Origin: Gonapodya sp. JEL0774
Lineage: Eukaryota
Reading direction: 5' to 3'
Length of the DNA stretch: 64,000 nt
Assembly: GCA_027604505.1 (NCBI GenBank)
Contig: JADIIX010000104.1
Location: forward strand, 1 to 64,000
The notes under the pieces are model-generated. The model saw only the letters and a program-made list of their open reading frames with translations. It made no database searches and was not told where the DNA came from. The position numbers and the translations under genes are program-made. Shown here one piece after another: positions 24,015 through 36,121 of this stretch (positions are counted from its first letter, which is position 1; the number at the start of each line of letters is the position of its first letter).

Positions 24015-26211
24015 ATGAATGGCAACAGTTCCAACAAACGAACTCCGATTCCACTTTCAGCTTCCATCGTTCAACCGAAAGATGATAAAATGGATCTGAT
24101 GGAACTTCCCCGGTCATCTGAGGACATTCTCATGGACCATTATGACGATTATGGAGACCCGAACCTAACAACGGGACATGACAGCGCACCTTCACAAGAC
24201 CGACCGGTAACCCCTCTTCCAAGAAAACCAGTATTTGCATTAGCGTGTGTACAGCTATCTGAGGCTATCCAGGGTTGGTGTGTATCCCCAACTCGTACTC
24301 ATTGTGAAGTATGAAATGTCGTCTGACATACTACCAAAACACAGCATTATCTTCCCATTTCTCTATTTTTTGACCCGAGATACACTGCCAGACGTATCAG
24401 ACAAGGCGCTTGCATTCTACATGGGACTGATGGCGTCGTGCTACTATCTTGCGGCCTTTTCAACAGCACTCTTTTGGGGCTGGCTATCAGATAGGGTGGG
24501 AAGAAAGCCTATACTGCTTCTCGGCCTGTTTGGCTCTGCTTTGAGGTGTGAATTCTGTTAGTTTTCTTTTGGTGGCTTTCAAGCGTTCCTAATGCGGCAA
24601 ATTTCTCCAGCGCGTTCGCCTTGGGATTCTCCCAAACGTACACACATGTCATCGCCGTACGGGTTTTCAGTGGCTTGCTAAATGGAAATGTTGGGGTGGC
24701 CAAGTCTGTCCTGGGTGAGATCACAGATGAAACCAACGTGAGTATGTTTTGAGGATCCCCAATTTGTGTACCAGTTAACGAACTCACAGTTTCAACTCTA
24801 TCCCTACAGCGTGGTCGCGCTTTCTCTTTACTCTCTCTTTGTTGGGGTGTAGGGAGTATTGCGGGACCAGCAATTGGCGGGTTTCTGGTTCACCCCTGCA
24901 ACCAATTCACATCGATTTTTGGAGAACCTGCCTCAAACAACATGTTTTGTATTCACCCATATGCCCTTCCTTGCATGGTTGCCGGATCATTTTCTGCAGT
25001 CGGCTTTTTCTTGGGCATTTGGCTGCTTGAAGAGACCCGGAAGTTCAGCGCGCTTGGGAGCTACGCGATCTTGGTGGATAACGAGACGAAGGAGCCAGCA
25101 ATCTCTGGTGTGTGGATGGAATCAGGCAGCTGTGATATCGAACGGGACGTGGATGGAATCATGTTGGAACCCCCTTTCTTGAAGCGGTCACCAAGCCTTT
25201 CGGACGACCCGGACTCTCCTCAAACGCTCGTGGGGGATGATGAGTTCACCCCTGCTCTCATCAATGACCAGAAACCTCACAGAGGATCTGATAGTCGCCG
25301 CCCACGCATTGCTCGAAACTCTCGTTTGGCTGGAGTTGGAGTAAATTTGCGGCGGAGGGGCTGTGGATGTTCGCTGTCCGGAGTGACGATGTGGGCAGTT
25401 TTGGCATACCTGTCGGTGTGCTTTTTTGCCATTGTTTTTGAGGAAATGGTTCCAGTCTTCGCGAAGTAAGTTTAGCCACCGAGACGAGGGTCTGGTACCG
25501 AGAGTCGGAAGTGCTCCTGCCATACTCATGGCCCTCTTTTTTTTGGTATCTAAGCTCTTCGCGCGAGCTTGGTGGACTGGCTTTCACTTCTCGCGACATT
25601 GGAACAATTATGACAGCACAAGGCGTCGCGGGGATTCTCTCACAGCTTTTTGTTTTCCCTCGTCTTGAGCGTCACTTTGGTGTAATCAATACCTATTGTG
25701 CATCACTCACTGTGTCTTCTCTCGTTGCCGTCTCCACGCCCTTTTTCGGCGACTTGAACGCACATCTTGGTGCGCAAGGTGAAGGCAAAACAATTGTGCT
25801 CATAGCACTCTGTTCCGCCTTGATGATCTTCCAAGCTTTTACTGAAATGGCATTCACGAGTTCTATCATTATGGTCAACGACTCTGCGCCCGCCGCTGCT
25901 CTTGGCCAAGCCCACGGCGTTTCACAAATGATGGCTGCATTTACTCGGTGAGGACATTTGGCCAACAGCCCTTTCCTCGGTGCCCTGCTCCTGACTCGGT
26001 GTTTCTTTACGTGTTTCCTCTTCTAAGCGCCGCTGGTCCTACTATCGGTGGTGGGGTGTATGCATGGACGTTGCGCAATGGGCTGACATTTCCACTCGAC
26101 CGCCACTTCCTCTTTATAGCTCTCGGCATTCAGGGTCTGTTATCGTGGCTGATGGCGTGGAAGGTTAAACGGGAGTGGGTACGGAATGGCATTCGCAAGA
26201 ATCGGTGGTAA
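24015..26211 (+). CDS. MFS transporter (YCR023C/ZIFL-like, DHA1-type), multi-exon
   Basis: SIIFPFLYF, WGWLSDRVGRKPILL (MFS motif A), GLLNGNVGVAKSVLGEITDETN, PYALPC, ELGGLAFTSRDIG, ALGQAHGVSQ..AAGPTIGG. Confidence 0.88.
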
Positions 26212-26918
26212 ATGCATTGCACGAGAATCGTTGGTACGGGTTTTCTGTGGTGGAATGTCCTTGGTAGAGCGGGATTTTTGGATCAGATAGACTTACCAAC
26301 CAATGCACCGTAAGGTGATTTAAGATACCGGGAGGACCAAGAGCACATTCCGCATTTCTGCAACACAGATGTTACAGTTGCCCCTGCACCGGGCTGCTTT
26401 TGAAAAAGAAGTTAAAAAGAAGTTTTGTTTGTACCATAGAGCAGTGTTGGCGTTGTAGATCTACAGGTTGTTACATAACACTTTGTCGGTTTCTTGTATC
26501 ACACGCTGAAAGTGTTTTCAATTGCGAAAAAAACATGTTTTGTCATATTATTATTATACAGATTGGTTTTATGTAATTTGATGAAAAATTTGATGAATAT
26601 AATTGTTGCAAAATGTGTTCCCATCGGCCCTGTGTTTTACCCAGTTTCGCAGATACTCCCTCAATACATGTGTCCAAAAGGTGTTCGCACGTGGTCTCAC
26701 AGGCAACACCAGACAACTGCAAGTTTCTCCATTAGCACCTCCCAATTTCAAGAGAGTTGAACGTCTGCGGTTCTCATTAACTCTCCGACTCTTGTTTATC
26801 GTCCCTCTTGTCTTGTATTTTCAATGCTCGAGCTCCCCTCGCTTGTCGTCATGCAGATGGAATGTGTTGACTTCGTATGGACTCCACTAGCATTCTCCAC
26901 ATCATTGTCTTCAAGTTG

Positions 26919-29471
26919 TCACTTCGACGCGCGATCCGCAAATTCATACACAAAATTCCAGTCGATGCCGTACAAAGGGCCGGCTCCACTTTGGTCGAAC
27001 TCCGGTTTGGGTCGCTTGACATCTTCGCATGCATCATCTCCAATCGAACGATTTTCATTTCCCAGCTTCCCTTTGCCGTTCTTGCTCGACTCTGATAATT
27101 CCCTCTTCCGCTTGAGAAGATTGTTAGTGGAGGACACGGAGGGGCACGGAAGTACCGCGGAGCTTGCCCGAACACTCTGGCTTGAGGATAGTGAAGAGGA
27201 GGTAGAAGTTGAGGGAACTGAAGTCGGAATGTTGCGCTTGGAAGCTTGATACTCGAGCGAAACCCGTGCAGAGGGTAGAATCGTCGAGGCAGTTGAAGGC
27301 TGACCATGGTGAGCCGACTTGAAAGAACTGATCGAAGACGCGATCGTGGTTGTCTGCCGCAAAGCACTTGAAATTGTTGCCAGGACTTGAGGCGCACTAT
27401 TGTATACCAGGAAAACCCACTCAGCGATACAAGGACTCAAGTACTGATATCAACTTTACTCACCGTATCACGGAGGGATCCGACAGCGGAATAGAGCTGA
27501 TGACCACGTAGGTGCGAAACCTTTCAGCAAAGACATAGAGGTGATTGGACGCGGCAAAGACACCTACCGCATCGAGGCCCTCGAGGAGGTCGAGAGGTAC
27601 GTGGGCTCTGCACTAACTGGCAGGACCCTTGCGTCAAAGGACGACCACGAGAAGGCGGACGACGAAGGCAACGACGACATGGGGTAAGAAGAGGTGGAAC
27701 CAGACGATGGATACTCCACGACGTTGGACTGCGTGTTGACTGCCGGCAGATCATCTTCGAATACAGATTGGTTGTGTTGAGTGTTGACCAGTGTCATGGA
27801 TGCGAGCTTCACAGCTGAGGGCCCCGAATGGTATCCAGATCTTGTCTGCGTTTGCAACGCATCTGTAAGCCGAGAAAGGTTTGTAGATGTGGTGGCAAAT
27901 TGCATCGGAGGAGCTGGGTCTAGATCCATCAAGGCCCCACCATGACTGAATAATGGATCGCCATCATCGAAGTCCGGTGCAGAATCGGGAGTGACAATTG
28001 TGTTTCCGGCCATTCGAGGCGGGTGTGGGAGGTTGTTTGAGTAAAGTACGGGCCCTTTCCCAGGGGACAAGATCGGTCCCGTCTGACTGCCCACCCGTGT
28101 GCCTACACTCTGACCTGCCATGTTAGCCCGTGGTGGTGGTATCGTGAACAACGCGTTAGCGCCAACTCCCACGTTGTCACCACGTGATCCATAGTTGTGC
28201 AGTTGTGCAGTTGTGTTTGTACCGACTCCCAGGTTTCCACACAGGGTTGCAGCGTTCCCTCCTGGCGGGGCACCGTTGACGCTGCTCCCCAAATATCCAC
28301 CCGGAGCTCCAGCGTTCACTTGCGGAGCATTTCCGGTCACGCCACCCCCAGAGTGTGCATTCGGAGCCACACCTCCAGTGACTGCAGGTGGAGCACCGTT
28401 CGTTAGTCCGGTTTGCGCTGAACCATTCCCTCCCGAAGCAGCACCGTTCGCACCCATCGCCACACTTCCACCGTGAGATCCACCGTTGGCTCCCAAAACA
28501 GCCGCGTTCACGGTCGCTTGCTGCGCAGCCTGCCGGCGGCGTTCCTCCTTTGCAAGGTTCTTCGGCCTGACGCTCCAAGCAAGGTTGAGTTCCTTCCGCT
28601 TGTTCTCCAGCCCTTCGGGCCCGCCGTACAGTCGACATGCGTACATGAAGCATTCAGTATCGAAGAAGAAGCGGGCAGGGGTCCGCGGAGGGGGCCTGTT
28701 CTTGGGCGGGGGTTTTCCCTGTCTTTGCTGTCCCGGGGCACCTCCGTTGGCCTGCAGCACTGCTTGCGGTTCGCCGTTGTTGAGTTGACCGATGTGTGCG
28801 GGAGGGTTTGGGGCATGTGCCTGTGAATGAGCCGGTGCTTGTGCTGCGGGAGGGACGGTTTGAGGAGGCTCTTGCCCGTCGGAGTTTGTCGGATCGGTAG
28901 GTGGACCGGGGGGAGGAGCAACCCTGTCGGGCCAGTTTACCTGGTGCAGGATTGTGCTGGTGTCCTCCAGGATGGTGAACATGTACCGTGTCCATCGGAG
29001 GGGACCATGGGTGGGTGTGTTCAGAAGGATGAGGTACTTTTCCCTCAAAGTACTCTCGTTGATTAGTTGGAATGTTCCACCATAAGACCCTCGAGCGCAG
29101 TCGAAGCACAGCTGGGGTGACCCTTCCCTCCTGTGCTTGGGAACGTTTACATGGGCACATCCCGCGCAGGCCATCCTATTGGTGAGCCTGCGGTCCCATG
29201 CCTCGGCGTCCCGGGCCCAGGATACGTTTCTGCTGCGGGCACCGGCCGTGAAGCAGACCAAGGGGCAGCCCAAGGAGATTCTGAGGAACGCGTCGGCCTC
29301 GGCTCTCGCCCGGTGGTTCAGCTTGGAGAAAGCAATAATGTCTGCAATGCACTTGAGGAAAGGGAAAATGCGCGAATAAATCTCGGGGGGAAGAGGTGGC
29401 AGGGGGTTCGGTGAAGTCGCTGGAACAAGACGGTTCAGTCGTCGGACAGCGGGAACAGCGGGTGGCGGCAT
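26919..29471 (-). CDS. F-box protein with XPA/Rad14-like zinc finger and C-terminal subdomain, plus long low-complexity tail
   Basis: LPPLPPEIYSRIFPFLKCIADIIAFSKLNHR (F-box), CAGC-x16-CFDC, FQLINESTLREKYLI, RFFFDTECFMYACRLYGGPEGLENKRK. Gly/Asn/Ala-rich tail. The 3' exons (26919-27440) are inferred. Confidence 0.6.
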
Positions 29472-29912
29472 CGTTGGGAAATGGAAGGGGGACACGCCCA
29501 AGCACAGAAACAGCGGCAGAAGTTGCCGTGAACTTTTGGTTGAAGTGAACAACGCTCGTGCCTGGCGACAGTTTGTTTGAGCTGTTGGGAATTTGCGAAC
29601 CCCAATTGCGAAGACTCAGACAACCAAGCCAGCCACATCAAATAAGTATTCTCGTAGCTCGGGAAGAAACCTGAAGCGCTTTCATAAAAATTCGTGGAAG
29701 TACGTTCAGAACTGTAGTGCTTAACGATGAAGAAAAATAGCAAAACTGGGTCCAGTCTGTCGACCTTCTCCTAGGTTCTTGTCGGGACTTATCGATGTAG
29801 TTCGCTACAAGAAAGTACAAATGTAACCTGGTGATACTACTGTTGATATCAATTTTGGGGATTGCTGCGCGGGACAGGTGCATTTTTGTCGCGGGTGACA
29901 CAACCTTCCGTC

Positions 29913-31846
29913 ATGCCGACGAACACATGTGATGCTTTGAATTTCATCGCGCCAATCGATACTCCGATATCCGCAAGGCATTTCGTAAACACTTCATTCG
30001 CTAATGTCCGTGTCCTCTCCTTCTCCCTTGGGTGTTGCCGCCATTACCCTTCTACTCTATGGAGTGAGTCATTCTGCCCTCGATTTCATACATCCCACTT
30101 TCCTCAATCTTTTCCCCATTCGAACTATGAACCCTTCAATCGATGCTCAATAGGTCGTCGTCTTTTTCGTCTTTCTTGTGACCCGCAGTCATTTCATTCT
30201 TACCAACAAGCTGCGGCGGGGGGTCGTAACAGCTGTGCTTATCCCGTCTATGCTGACCGCCCCACTCCTTCCACAATACATTTGGCCCAATTCGCGAGTC
30301 GAAGACCTCTCGCTTTTTTTGTGGTGGACTCTTACATCTGTGACGTTCGTGGGAGGGTTGAGGTGAGAGTTCACAGCGAATTGCAGCACCATGATCAGCT
30401 GGGACAAATAACTCACCAAAATTACCAAACATCCCTGACACAAAAAATCTCAGAATATTCGACCTTGCCTACCTGCGATCTCCTTCTTCGCTCAATGACA
30501 TGCCCATCCGCCACTTCCTCTCTATAATGTTCTTTAACCCGGACGAAATCTTCTTCCACACGAAGCAGGATCTTGAAATCGATCGCAGCTCACACTCACT
30601 CTGGACAGTGGGCGTCATTTTGCCCTTGAAAGCCGCGTTTCTTGGTCTCCTCCTCCTTGGCCCGTTCACCGCCGAAGTGGAAAAACAGATCCTCCAGGAC
30701 GTATTCACACTGAACATGTTTTCTTGGCGATACATTGTTTGTGGGCTCATTGTGGGAAGCTCGTTTTATCCTACTCTTTCCCTGCCCTTTGTAAGTCCCT
30801 CGAGCCTGTCCACCCCGTAATTTCCAACCGATACGATGTCAAGACAACTTCTACAAACCTACTCGTCGTGGCACATAGGATCTACTCATTGCCATTGGTG
30901 AAGTGGCAACTGGTGTCCCCATGAAGCCCATCTTTCAGAACCCGATGATGTCCACCTCACGTGGGTTGTGAATAGCGTATCCGTTACTTTTTAAGTCGCT
31001 GCAAGCACCTTACCCTTTCTTTCTTCACGTGGCAGTACGTGATTTCTGGAGTGGACGGGTGAGAAATTATAATCGTTTCTGGGAGACCTAGAACTCACAG
31101 ACTGGCAAACATTCCAACCCTTCAAGTGGAACGTTTTGGTCAAGGTATTTGTAGTCTCCGATCTGTTCCTACATCAAGCGTCATCGTTTCACGGGTTTCT
31201 CACACCCCGTCAGAACACGTTCCACAGGGCCGTGTTTGATCCCGCCTTGGCGCAAAAGGAGTCTCTTGCATCGGATTCGGCTTTGCAAGTACAATCCTCA
31301 ATGATCGCGGGGGATGTGATAACAACATGCCTTCCGGCGCCACATGAAACGCTTGGGAATGGCGCGGATGGCACCAGTCATGTGGAGAATCCTCGGAGTG
31401 AAAAGAAGAAGTTCAGCATGTCCTCCACTGTTGGATCGCTCCAGGTGTTTTTGGTCTCGGCAATTTCCCACGAGTGAGTGAACAAAGAGCAGACAGATCG
31501 TGAGGTGCTACCAACCGAACCATTTTCCCACATCCCTCTTTTACCTAGGTGGCTAAACTTCGTTGCCTTCCACGGCATTCGTGGTGACAATCTTGTGTTC
31601 TTTATCTCGCACGGTCTTCTTACTTCACTGCAGGTGGCAATTCACCACCTCGCCCCAACTCAAATCGCCAATGTTCTGGACGACATCCCCAGGCCCGTGA
31701 AGATCGTCTCCACGTGGATTTTGTTTGGCTTTTCGGCTCCGATATTCTTAAGGCAGTACTTGGAAGCGGGGTTTTATGGGGAGTTGAGGCAAGCTGCGAC
31801 GGCATTGTTCGGGGTGACAAGGGCGAACTTAACTAGTTCGTTATGA
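29913..31846 (+). CDS. Membrane-bound O-acyltransferase (MBOAT_2, wax-synthase-like), multi-exon
   Basis: Hydrophobic exons, the spliced motif PMKPIFQNPMMSTS..RDFWS..WN, VFLVSAISHE (conserved His) and FFISHGLL. Confidence 0.8.
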
Positions 31847-32067
31847 GTCATTGGGTGGAAATGACCACCATGATTGAACAGCTGTACTTCATTACTAATA
31901 GCAAACAACATTATATTTCAGAAAGAGAGAAAGAGATCACCGCGAGTCCTTTCAAAGTCCATGCTTGTAGCCTTCCAAGCCTCTCTGCTTTTGCTTGGAG
32001 GACCGACAATCGTTCACCAAATGAAGCAGCCTCCACCTCCGAATGAGTTAGTTGTGTACAGTCTCGA

Positions 32068-33970
32068 TCAATCGATTTGTTCATACCCTTCCACAGCCTG
32101 TCTCCAGAACCTTGTCGAAGACATGACGCAGATTGCCTGCACCATAACCGTGCACGAAAGCCCAACATAGCACACGCCTGTCCAGCCGTACTCGACCCAC
32201 ATCGCGGGGCCAAGGGTATTGCCAGTCGTCAAACCTGCCGTGAAATAGAGCGAATACAAGGTGTTCACAGACGAAATCATCTCGGGGAACGCTTTGATCG
32301 CGGCGGCTCTGTTGACGATGGTGACCATCTGACTTCCAACGTCCAGCCAAAACGCGCCAGCAAACACAGCGGCCACGTGTGTTTGACCGCACGAAATGAG
32401 GAGGAGCCAGACGCAAAGGCTAACCATGGTCCCCGACAAGGTGATCTCGTGTAATGGGTGGTAGTTTGTGCACGCAGTCAAGTCAGCGCAGGGGTACAGT
32501 GGTCTTACGCCAGCGATGACAAACTCACATAAATGGTGGGGACGACATCGCTAAGAAACCCGAGACACAATGTCGCGACGATACCCGCTACCCCAACCAC
32601 ACTAAGCAGCCCGATGGCTCCAGGGGCGAAATTGAACGGTTGGTGCGAGAGGAGGAAGGTTGAGGTTGTCCAGAAAGTTCCGAACTAAGAATATGAACCT
32701 CGATCGATCTGTGTTCACCGACAAGGGACATACGTGTACTTTTCAACTCACAGCTGTGACTTGTACGAGCGCCATGGTACCCACTATTCATGACAAATGA
32801 TAAAACACAAGCATAAGCGTCAGCGTTTGCCTGCCGACTTTCAAGTCTGCACTCCAGACCCACAAGCGATCAACCGGGGTTCCGACACAAGGCGCAGAAA
32901 ATTTGCAAAAACGTGAGTAAACGATAGCGTTGCTTCTTTCCGTGCTTGAATATTAGTAGGCTTGCGTGGTAGTAGCAGAGCCATGCCCGTGGCTAGGATC
33001 AGAGTCTCGAACGCCATGCACCAAAACACTGTTCGCAAACCCCACGCTTCTGCGACATGTCCTGAGATAGCACGCCCCAGCAAAGACCTTTGAGTGATTT
33101 CGGTACAGTTAAATGTAAAAGTGAAGCGACTGAATGCTGTACTCGCCCTAAATTGGCACCACCTGCAAGAGTGCCGACAACTGCGCCACGCCTCTCGGGA
33201 GCAGCGAGGTCCACTGCAAAAGGGATGTTCACCTAATAGCGAAGAAGAATGATTGTCGATGCTTCCGTACGACATGACACGGCACGAAAACACACAGCTC
33301 CTTGGCAGAACATCCCAACAGCAAAACTTCCCAAAAGGAAGGCCCCGTACGATTCAACACAGGCGAGAAACACATTAGCCACACTCGCTAAGAAGACAGC
33401 CGAGACGACGAGTCTGCGAAGGAAGAATTGCTCCTGGATATGTCTTTGGGAGGGTAGTTTGCCGACGAATCTTACATCTTCTTATCAAAAACGTCGCCAA
33501 GCGGACCAATAAGTGCCAGTCCAACGATAAAGCCTGAGCTCAGAGCAGTAGCGGAATAAGCTGCTTCGCGCTCTCCGACGTGGAATGATTTCGCGATTTC
33601 CCCTAGGAGTGGGTGTATCACATTCATGCTCGACGAGAGCAAGGCAGCAGACATAACAAAGAGGAGCCAGGCAGAAGCACTGAGTGATGGTTCGGAAACC
33701 TACACAAAGAGACGAATCAGAAAGAGGCTTGCAGAAACAGAACATGTTCCCTACCGCATCCCCGGTTGTTTTTATCGCGGCATCATCATCAAGCTTCTCG
33801 TCCACGTCCCGAGATTCAAGTGATGCAGGACTCCACACAAGGGGAGAACTGGCTATCGGTGTTCCGTTTGCACTGGAAGGAGTGGCTGGACGCGGGGGCA
33901 GACATCGCAGTCTTCGTTTGTTTCTGGGCTGCCGGGATTCGTCGAAGGAGAGTTCAAGGTGAAGGGGCAT
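32068..33970 (-). CDS. MFS transporter (YnfM-like family), multi-exon
   Basis: HPLLGEIAKSFHV..GFIVGLALIGPLGDVFD, IPFAVDLAAPERRGAVVGTL, LLGRAISGHVAEAWGLR, GAFWLDVGSQ, SSVNTLYSLYF..GPAMWVEYGWTGVC. Confidence 0.82.
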
Positions 33971-34598
33971 AGATCGATTCGAGTACGCTCTGGATGAGAA
34001 ACTCACGCATCTTATGTAAATAAAAGCGCCAAATAATATATACTAATGAATCGAAGTTCAGTTGGACCCTGAGGATCGTTCTATATTCATGGTGATCGGG
34101 CAGGTCTGGGCACCATAAAATCGAAGGTTCTCTCAGGCACAGGCAGCCACATAATACAGTCATGAAAAACAAAACGAAAAGAACTAAAAGTATCTGCCAT
34201 CCGCAGCTTCGCTGGCCTTTCTGCGCCGCTTGAAAGCTCTCAATTTTGGTGCGAGGATACAACTGAACAAAGAAGATTCAAACGGATGTTACAACAATGG
34301 CTGAGCGGTGGCGGCCATGAAGATGTCAGAATACTCAAATAAGATCGCTCGATTGCGTCTCCTCTTTCGGGAATCTGCAAGTAGTTCCCAAGCGACCAGA
34401 CTCAAAAACGCGAAACTATACTTGCTCTTGGAAACTGTCTTTGGGGAGTCCAAAGCTTGTATAGATTTGGAACACTAAGTTCAAAGAGACAAGCCAACTG
34501 TCTCAAATTGATTACTCAGTCTACTCCACATCTACATACTACCGTTGCATCTACATTATTAAGTGTATCAGGTAAAGTTAGGGTATCCGCACTTTCAA

Positions 34599-35737
34599 TC
34601 AGAACCCTCCAACAGTCGCAGTATCCAGCGGAACGTCAAAACCAGCCTTTATGGATCCTGGATTGGTGTCTGCGACTACTGCAGCAGCGGACATACGAAT
34701 CTGAGTGTCGCCTCTACGCACCCGCCGAAGTTGCATGGGGCATGAAGGAATGGGGCACGCAGTAGCTAGCTTTAAGATGGTTACCAAATTTTAGCAGATG
34801 AGGTGGGACGTGATTTGGGAAACGAACGAAATGAAGTAAGTTGTGTTTCGCCTGGTGAACAGAAGGTTATAAATCTCACGTGGGCAAGGTCTTGGGTCCA
34901 CATTCCATCAAACGACCCAGATCCCATGCAGTTGTAGTTGCCGACAATGTCAGCACGGTGGCCGGGCGAGTTCCGTGAATCGGGTGGGAAACGAATGTTG
35001 CGAATTAGCAGTTTCTCAGATCGGGATGCGCATGCCCAGGTTAGGCTGAGCTCACCATCCATGCATTCATGACACTTGTCTGATCCGGAAACCTCCCCGC
35101 CACATTCTCCCCTATTCCGAGCCAAACTCCACCAAGAGCACCTGACACTCGATCGATGGGGTTCTGGCCATTGGAAGACATGTGTGACACTCCCGTGCTT
35201 GTTGACTGATCCTGGGAATGACTTTGAGCGGCTGCGGAGAGGCGACTGTGTTGTTGTATGCCAGTTACAGGATCTGCGACAGAGAGAAGCAATTTGTAGT
35301 GGTAGAACTCGCCAGTCGAGTCCCAAGGGGGGGAGATCGTTCTGGGTTCGTTGGGCCTGAATTGGCAAGACCGGCATAGAGAGAAGCATGTTGAGCGAAT
35401 GTCGAGGCAAAAGCCAAAGAAACAGGATCTCAAATCCACATCGGTCACGCTTCAACACACATTCACCAGGCACACCATGACGACGGGGTCACTCTGTGAG
35501 CTTGCAAAGGGCAAGATACTGATTAGAATAAGGGTTGTGATCAGAGCAAATGAGAATTTCTGGGCGAACGCGAGGATGGGAGTTTGGTGCCGGCGGAACA
35601 ATTGGGAGAAAGTAGGATGATTCGGGGGAAGAGCACGGTAACCGCGATACAGCAATGAAAGCGTTGCAAAGAAGTCAGTCTGAGAATTGTTGAGCGCTAA
35701 CCGGAAATGTATTCACCGAGGATGTGAATCGAGTCAT
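34599..35737 (-). CDS. Secreted CAP/SCP (YkwD-type) domain protein, 6 exons
   Basis: Reconstruction: MTRFTSS|KFSFALITTLILISILPFASSQSDPVVMVCLVN|AQRTQNDLPPLGLDC|RLSAAAQSHSQDQ..SHMSSNG..GENVAG..VMNAWM|NSPGHRADIVGNY..WTQDLAH|LATACPIPSC. It has a signal peptide and the CAP motifs. The ORF track does not show it as one gene. Confidence 0.8.
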
Positions 35738-35836
35738 TGTAAAAGTTGACACGTCGAGCGATGTAACGAGGTGGGGATAGATTGAGAAAGCGATGAGTTG
35801 AACTGAACAACAGTCTCTGGCCTCAAGACTTGTCGC

Positions 35837-35843
35837 TTTTATA
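35837..35843 (-). promoter_or_regulatory. Candidate TATA box of the CAP gene
   Basis: TATAAAA on the minus strand, 100 bp upstream of ATG 35737. Confidence 0.45.
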
Positions 35844-36121
35844 GGCAATCACGAATACTATAGGGACTTGCTTTGGGTAAAATGTGTCACTGCCGGAGGC
35901 TCACTGCTTTGTCGGTTGTCCCAATATGGACTGACTACAGTCAAATGTCCAGTGAGCTGAAACATCTCCTCAAAGTGTTATTTCTAGTATCTGCTCATAT
36001 TTGAACTTCAAATGTAGTGCTTCCCAAACGGGAGGAAAGTGACCGTCACTCGCGGCTTGCAACGCTTTCGCACGCTCGATTGACTTACGGGACCTCAATG
36101 CCAAAACAAGTTACAACTACA

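Noticed and set aside
24015..35737. Secondary-metabolite cluster (MFS + MBOAT + MFS)
   Set aside because: There is no backbone enzyme (PKS, NRPS or terpene synthase) and no pathway transcription factor in the window.
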